From IMG/VR virus record IMGVR_UViG_3300010157_000064, positions 1-63,556 of that record: 63,556 nt of DNA; one strand, given 5' to 3'. The DNA comes from a virus. Lineage: Duplodnaviria; Caudoviricetes. Below, piece after piece: positions 58,398 through 63,556 of the stretch. The notes under the pieces were generated by a model that saw only the letters and a list, made by a program, of their open reading frames with translations, was not told the DNA's origin and did not search any database. Each line of letters begins with the position of its first letter. The first letter of the stretch is position 1. The translations under genes were made by a program, and so were the position numbers.

Positions 58398-58789
58398 AAT
58401 TCTCAGAATGGATGACACAAAAAGCACACGAAAAAGGTGCAGGAATTTTGTTTACAGACGGCAAAAAGGTACTTCTTTTAAAAAGACTAAGTAGCCATAG
58501 AGGAACATGGGTTCCGCCGGGAGGTGGGCCGGAAGAAAATGAAATTCCAATAGAAACGGCTAGAAGAGAATCCAAAGAAGAATGCGGATTCAACAAAGGA
58601 AAAGCACTTGTAAAGTTTAAATCAAGAAATGGATTTTATACATTTGTAGTTCGTTTAAACAAAACTTTTAAACCTAAAATATCAAGCGAACACTCAGAAG
58701 CAAAATGGGTTGATATAAAAGACGTAGAAAAATACAAACTACATCCGGATTTCAAAAAAGATTGGCGCGAATTACTAAACTTAATATGA
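58394..58789 (+). CDS. Nudix hydrolase
   Basis: Nudix box GGGPEENEIPIETARRESKEECG; MKFSEWM N-terminus. Confidence 0.9.
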   Translation: MKFSEWMTQKAHEKGAGILFTDGKKVLLLKRLSSHRGTWVPPGGGPEENEIPIETARRESKEECGFNKGKALVKFKSRNGFYTFVVRLNKTFKPKISSEHSEAKWVDIKDVEKYKLHPDFKKDWRELLNLI

Positions 58790-58809
58790 TGATATATAGA
58801 AAGGAAATA

Positions 58810-59385
58810 ATGCAACACAGCTCTTTAGAAAAAGCACTCAAAGATATACAAACAACCAATTTGGATTCAATGCCTATTGTCAACAACATTCATGGCGTTG
58901 AAGTACGAAGACCAACAGTCCACAACGATCACCGTGGTCGGCTATTTGAAGTATTTCCCGGCACTAACACCACAGATATTTTTTGGGAAAAACCTGTAGT
59001 CTATTGCTACATGTTTAGTATTCGGGCAAACCAAATTAAAGGATGGGGTTTACACGAGCATAAAGATGACCGCTATACTTTAATCAAAGGAGAAGTGCTT
59101 AATGTGCTTTTTGATGCTCGTTTTGATTCGCCCACCTACCTAAAGACACAAAATGTATACCTCAGTGAACAGGGAAACCGTTCGTTAAAAATACCAACAG
59201 GAGTTTGGCATTGTAATATAAATATTTCTGATACCGAAACCCTGTTGGTGAATCATCCTACCAAAGTTTACAAACACGAGGCCCCAGATAGGTTGCTTTT
59301 GCCTTGGAATTCACCCGAAATACCAATTGATCTAAGAAAATATTTTCCTATCCAACAAATGCAACACGAAGAATGTTCGTGCTAA
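58810..59385 (+). CDS. rmlC: dTDP-4-dehydrorhamnose 3,5-epimerase-like cupin
   Basis: DHRGRLFE, KGWGLH, FDARFDSPTY, IPTGVWH. Confidence 0.75.
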   Translation: MQHSSLEKALKDIQTTNLDSMPIVNNIHGVEVRRPTVHNDHRGRLFEVFPGTNTTDIFWEKPVVYCYMFSIRANQIKGWGLHEHKDDRYTLIKGEVLNVLFDARFDSPTYLKTQNVYLSEQGNRSLKIPTGVWHCNINISDTETLLVNHPTKVYKHEAPDRLLLPWNSPEIPIDLRKYFPIQQMQHEECSC

Positions 59386-59401
59386 ATTAAAGAGAATAAG
59401 C

Positions 59402-60088
59402 ATGGTAATTGCATCTATCCTAATTCCGACTCATAACCACGGTGAACTCATCAATTTCGCTGTACGTTCAGTTCTAGAACAAACTGTACAAGACTTTGAA
59501 TTGTTTATTATTGGAGACGGTCCAACAAAAGAAACACGTATCGCTGCTCAGGCTCTTGTGGACGAGAGGATTAAATACGAAGAATTCCCCAAAGCAGGGC
59601 GAACCGGCGAACCACACCGTCATCAGATAATCACTCAAAAAACAACTGGCAAATACATTTTTTATTTAAGCGACGATGATATTTGGACTAAACGACACCT
59701 TGAAACAATGTTGCAAGCTCTCCAGACTGGAAACTTTTGTCACTCAAAATACATTGAAGTCATGGGAAAAGCTCACCATGAACACTTGTTGCCAAAAGAC
59801 AAGAAGCTATTAATGAAACAAAACTTCATTCCGCTTTCTTGTGGAGCACATAGTAGAGATCTATACTCTAAACTTCAAGAAGGATGGACGGAGACACCAG
59901 AAAAATATTGTACCGATCATTATATGTGGAAAAAACTAGTTTCCCACCCCGATTGCCTTTCGACAAATTCAAAGCATACAACTGTTATAAATTTTCCTAG
60001 TAAAACTAGACCGAAGGAGAGCATTGATTCACGCAAGCAAGAGATGGAAAAGTGGTTGTCAGAAAACACCCAAAAAATGACTACGTGA
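59402..60088 (+). CDS. glycosyltransferase family 2
   Basis: SILIPTHN, SVLEQTVQDFELFIIGDG, YLSDDDIW. Confidence 0.85.
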   Translation: MVIASILIPTHNHGELINFAVRSVLEQTVQDFELFIIGDGPTKETRIAAQALVDERIKYEEFPKAGRTGEPHRHQIITQKTTGKYIFYLSDDDIWTKRHLETMLQALQTGNFCHSKYIEVMGKAHHEHLLPKDKKLLMKQNFIPLSCGAHSRDLYSKLQEGWTETPEKYCTDHYMWKKLVSHPDCLSTNSKHTTVINFPSKTRPKESIDSRKQEMEKWLSENTQKMTT

Positions 60089-60111
60089 AATGCTAGCTAT
60101 TTTTATCTTTA

Positions 60112-60240
60112 CTATTGTCGGCGGGCAATCCATGCACCTATCGATAATCCTATCAAGCCGAAAAAGTCGGAGGCACTAAACGACATACCGATCAAAACCA
60201 AAACGATTCCTAAAACAACACCAGAAATAAATCTTATCAT
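60112..60240 (-). CDS. small membrane protein
   Basis: MIRFISGVVLGIVLVLIGM...; overlaps upstream stop. Confidence 0.45.
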   Translation of the reverse strand: MIRFISGVVLGIVLVLIGMSFSASDFFGLIGLSIGAWIARRQ

Positions 60241-61070
60241 TTGTATTCGGTCCAGTCTCCTAATCTTTCTGCTCCGCCTGCCCATCTGGTGCCTGGTGCT
60301 GGGGTTTGTGGTCTCCAATTTGGATTTAATCCTGCTCTTTGTGCTGATCGTCTTTTTAGTTGATCAGTAGAATTATCTATCTGCTGTTGTGATGCCTGTT
60401 GACCCTGTTGTGGGGCTTGTTGTGGGGCTTGTTGTGGGGCTTGTTGTGGGGCTTGTTGTGGGGCTTGTTGCTGAGGAGGTGCCTGCTGGCCCTGTTGTTG
60501 CTGTTGACCCTGTTGTGTTTGGTTTTTAGATCCCATATAGGTAGATGCTCCTGTGGCCGTGGCTGGTTCAACATTTGTGTTAAACATAGAAACCTTTTCT
60601 TGTTGTTTCTTGAGCTGAGACATTATATTTTGTAGTTCGCCTACTAAATTTTTAGCTTCTGGATCTCTTGTTGCAGCAGCTTGAACTCCTTGGTTTGATT
60701 GAAGTTCATTGGAAAGAGCCTCTAAAGCTGAAAGGGCACTTCTGTATCTTGCTTCAGGGCCAAATAATTCAGCCCTAACTACTTTTCCTGCTGTTCCTAG
60801 TGTTTGCATACCTGAATTTGCTGTTTGTCCAAGCCAACCGCCTATTGCACCGCCTGCTTTTCTTGCTGCATGTCCTAGATTATCCCAAAATCCTTCTTGA
60901 AGAACTTGTTGGCGTCTATCTTCTAGACGAATCACCATATCAGAATCATTTTTATAGTTTTCTATTAAATAAGCCCAAGGCTCAACGTTCATCTCTACCA
61001 TTAAACGGGCAATTTCTTCAACTAGAAAATCTGATTTTTTCTTTCCAACAAATCCTGTGAATGTCTGCAT
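60237..61070 (-). CDS. Gln/Pro-rich hypothetical protein, putative internal head protein
   Basis: MQTFTGF; LQEGFWDNL; coiled coil; QQAP repeats. Confidence 0.6.
   Translation of the reverse strand: MQTFTGFVGKKKSDFLVEEIARLMVEMNVEPWAYLIENYKNDSDMVIRLEDRRQQVLQEGFWDNLGHAARKAGGAIGGWLGQTANSGMQTLGTAGKVVRAELFGPEARYRSALSALEALSNELQSNQGVQAAATRDPEAKNLVGELQNIMSQLKKQQEKVSMFNTNVEPATATGASTYMGSKNQTQQGQQQQQGQQAPPQQQAPQQAPQQAPQQAPQQAPQQGQQASQQQIDNSTDQLKRRSAQRAGLNPNWRPQTPAPGTRWAGGAERLGDWTEYK
60406..60465. repeat. 12-bp tandem repeat x5 (coding QQAP)
   Basis: tgttgtggggct x5. Confidence 0.9.
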
Positions 61071-61123
61071 TTTTTCTCCAAAAATAAGTAAGATGAAATT
61101 ATATATGGCAATATTTTTATTTT

Positions 61124-61582
61124 TTAGCCTTTAATAATTTCCACACCATCTATTGGGGACTCATTCAAGAGAACATCGGGTTTTGTGGCAGAAAGATCAC
61201 CTGTTGAGTCGTTAAACTGTTCGGTTGGGCTTTCGTTTACAACTACATGTTCTACTTTTCCTTGAACCGTGATAGTATCAGGCTGGTCTAGTACCAATTT
61301 ATTTTCATTCATATTGTTTCGCTCCTTTTTATCTTGGGGTACTACTTCTTCAATAAATTTCAACAAATTCATTGGATGTCCGACCCATTTCATATAATAG
61401 CTATCTCCTTGAAATCTTTTTCTAGGACCTATTGTACGACTCCCACTAACTGTGGGCTTGGGAAGGTTTAGATCCCCATCTGTGTTGTTCTCATAAATAT
61501 AAATGCCGGTCCCAGTCATATTATTTATGATTTTATTTTGATGGTGAGTCTTTTTTTCTTGCTTTGTAAATCTTTGTCTCAT
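61124..61582 (-). CDS. hypothetical protein
   Basis: 152 aa, AAGGA SD. Confidence 0.55.
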   Translation of the reverse strand: MRQRFTKQEKKTHHQNKIINNMTGTGIYIYENNTDGDLNLPKPTVSGSRTIGPRKRFQGDSYYMKWVGHPMNLLKFIEEVVPQDKKERNNMNENKLVLDQPDTITVQGKVEHVVVNESPTEQFNDSTGDLSATKPDVLLNESPIDGVEIIKG

Positions 61583-61658
61583 TTTATTTCCTTATATAAC
61601 TTTACTAAACTCTGCATTACTATTATAGTCATGTAGGCACACAAATTAAGGGAAAAAT

Positions 61659-61991
61659 ATGAATAATCAAAAAGTTTTACCGAAATGGACAGATGTTTAT
61701 CCACAGGGAACAAAAGAAGGAGACGAAGAACAAGATTTGTTTAAATGTTTAGCAAGACATCCAAAATGGACTTACAGATCAGTAGCTCAAATCGCAAAAG
61801 AAACAAATTTGACCAAAGAAAGAGTAGAAGAAATATTGAATAAATACTGGAGGCGGGGCATGGTTATTCAGAATTCTTCTAATGAAGATCAGTGGGCATA
61901 TTGGGAGCGAGTGCCAGATATGGTTCCTAAAACAACTAAGTCAATAACAAAAGAAGACCAAAACAGCAGAATAGAAAAACTTAAACCATGA
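61659..61991 (+). CDS. winged-HTH-like protein
   Basis: RSVAQIAKETNLTKERVEEILNKYWRRGMV. Confidence 0.55.
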   Translation: MNNQKVLPKWTDVYPQGTKEGDEEQDLFKCLARHPKWTYRSVAQIAKETNLTKERVEEILNKYWRRGMVIQNSSNEDQWAYWERVPDMVPKTTKSITKEDQNSRIEKLKP

Positions 61992-62022
61992 AAATTTTAA
62001 GCTTGCACGAAAAAGATTCATT

Positions 62023-62556
62023 TTATCGAAGTTCGTCGTACGATCTTTTGATTGGATCGACGTATCCTGCGGTGCCGCCCATGCCGCCGTAGGGCCCGCC
62101 TGCCAGTCTTTTACTTAAGTCAATATTGAGAGAAGTCAGTAGCTCTTCAAGGTTCGTTCCGATCATTAGATCGCCGTTCAGGATCTTTTCCTGTTCTTTT
62201 TTTCCATTGTTGATTTTCTGTAGATTTTCTTTTGTTTGATTTGCTGCAGAGTTAAAGTCCAACACTGATTTCTGCAATCTCTCTCTCCAAAGGTTGATCC
62301 CCGAATTATTTCTTTTGTCTTGTTTGCTTGCTTCCAAAACTTTTTTCAATTCGTCTACGGTAGAAAAAATATAGTGGTCTGCTTGAGTTCTGTCAACGAT
62401 TAAGAGTCCTTCGAGGTTCTGCCCCCGCATTGATCTACCGGGATTCAAGAAAATACCTGCACCAAGCAGATATTCGAAATTCCTAAATGCCACGGGATTT
62501 GATGCGAAGGCTTCATTCATCGACTTTGACTCTAAGAATCTGTAAAAACTGATCAT
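62023..62556 (-). CDS. hypothetical protein with capsid-targeting-like N-terminus
   Basis: MISFYRFLESKSMNE. Confidence 0.55.
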   Translation of the reverse strand: MISFYRFLESKSMNEAFASNPVAFRNFEYLLGAGIFLNPGRSMRGQNLEGLLIVDRTQADHYIFSTVDELKKVLEASKQDKRNNSGINLWRERLQKSVLDFNSAANQTKENLQKINNGKKEQEKILNGDLMIGTNLEELLTSLNIDLSKRLAGGPYGGMGGTAGYVDPIKRSYDELR

Positions 62557-62560
62557 TTTT

Positions 62561-62761
62561 TTAGCCTTTTCTGTCAGGTTTGTGATTGCCCATCTTTTGT
62601 AGAGCATCAGCAGCAGATGGAACAAAATAAAGATCTGGATACTGTTGGCGAGCATAAGCATCTGGATAGGCCCAGTGAGCAATGCCAGCACGATGTGTTT
62701 TCTCAGATATCATTGGAAGTTCTTTTTTCTCCACTTCAGCCCATTGCATAAACGTTTTCAT
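62561..62761 (-). CDS. small protein with capsid-targeting-like N-terminus
   Basis: MKTFMQWAEVE...ISE. Confidence 0.6.
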   Translation of the reverse strand: MKTFMQWAEVEKKELPMISEKTHRAGIAHWAYPDAYARQQYPDLYFVPSAADALQKMGNHKPDRKG

Positions 62762-62903
62762 ATTTTAAATTCCTGAGTTTAAAGTTACTAGCTTAATTAT
62801 ATGTATGTATGTGTGTATTATTTTTTACAAAAATCTACAATCAAAAAATAATATAGTGATTTGATTACTATTTTAAATCAACCGTGCAATTAAAGGGGAA
62901 AAC

Positions 62904-63134
62904 ATGAAAAACACACTTTCAGTAAAAATTACAAATGCAAAAAATGGCGGATTCGAAGGAACTGTAAGTATTGCCGGACTAAAACCAACTAAATTAGCAA
63001 GAAAATTAGATGGCAGAACAGATTTCCCTACAAAGTCTTCTATAGGTGGTGCGGCTAGAAACATTGCTAAGTCCCTAGGCTTTACAGATATCGAATTGTC
63101 CGACGAAACAAAAGCCACTGTCACAAAGAGCTAA
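62904..63134 (+). CDS. small hypothetical protein
   Basis: AGGGG SD, 76 aa. Confidence 0.55.
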   Translation: MKNTLSVKITNAKNGGFEGTVSIAGLKPTKLARKLDGRTDFPTKSSIGGAARNIAKSLGFTDIELSDETKATVTKS

Positions 63135-63396
63135 TGAATTCTGCACCCTTTATTTGATTTATTTCGTGCATGAACTTCAAGCAGTTTTTTGATTCTTCTA
63201 AAGAATTGAAAAACTTATGGATCTTTTCTGCTTTTGGTAGCAATTCCTGCAGTGAGTCTTTTTCGTAATGATCTGAGTCCGGTGGATAGCTTAGACTAAT
63301 TTGTTCGTCGAAATAAAATGCATGAAATATCATTTTTGCTATTTCGTTTATTTCGCTCTGATAAGCGAGATTTTTTTCTGTTATTTCTTTATTCAT
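63121..63396 (-). CDS. hypothetical protein
   Basis: AGAGG SD, 91 aa. Confidence 0.5.
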   Translation of the reverse strand: MNKEITEKNLAYQSEINEIAKMIFHAFYFDEQISLSYPPDSDHYEKDSLQELLPKAEKIHKFFNSLEESKNCLKFMHEINQIKGAEFISSL

Positions 63397-63463
63397 AATG
63401 CCTCTTTAAATAATTGTCAAAAATAATATAGTGTAAAATTTGTATTTTTGAAATATATAAGAT

Positions 63464-63556
63464 ATGGAAGAAAAGAAAGGGTGTGGTTGCGGTAAATCCA
63501 GTCCGCAAAATGAAAAAGAATTAAAAAGAAAACAATTGCTAAATAAAATGAGCAAA
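63464..63556 (+). CDS. hypothetical protein (partial, runs off window end)
   Basis: MEEKKGCGCGK..., ATATATA 4 nt upstream. Confidence 0.45.
   Translation, partial: MEEKKGCGCGKSSPQNEKELKRKQLLNKMSK

Noticed and set aside
1-63556. Stop-codon reassignment, tRNA/rRNA genes, diversity-generating retroelement
   Set aside because: Core genes are full length in the standard code and end in TAA, TAG or TGA; no cloverleaf, reverse transcriptase or TR/VR pair noticed by eye, though small RNAs could be missed

Overview
A 63.6-kb, AT-rich, densely coding segment of a large T4-like (myovirus-type) bacteriophage genome. Core virion genes are recognisable: a gp26-like baseplate/tail chaperone, gp23 capsid, gp22 scaffold, gp21 protease, a gp20 portal carrying two inteins, gp17 terminase and gp13 neck. 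Primase, a Cas4-like nuclease, Dam methylase, RNA ligase and a Hef-like homing endonuclease are also present. These are scattered among many accessory genes on both strands: glycosyltransferases, RmlC, an alginate lyase, lectin and delta-60 fibre proteins, five peptidases, ferritin, CYTH and Nudix. The main signals read from the sequence are: (1) about 19 unrelated ORFs share an N-terminal M-K-x-F-x-x-W/F-L-x-x-E peptide resembling the T4 capsid-targeting sequence, suggesting a large injected cargo set; (2) a probable programmed -1 frameshift (T TTT TTC) fuses the gp26-like ORF to an unannotated gp51-like frame; (3) two unrelated exported proteases share an identically spaced C-terminal motif IPIxD-x10-DYILxP; (4) one gene leader has three GGA-loop hairpins matching CsrA/RsmA sites; (5) a (C/A)TATATA late-promoter variant often lies 4-5 nt before ATG, implying leaderless mRNAs. 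I saw no tRNA, rRNA or CRISPR array. All functional calls come from motif recognition by eye; no database searches were run.
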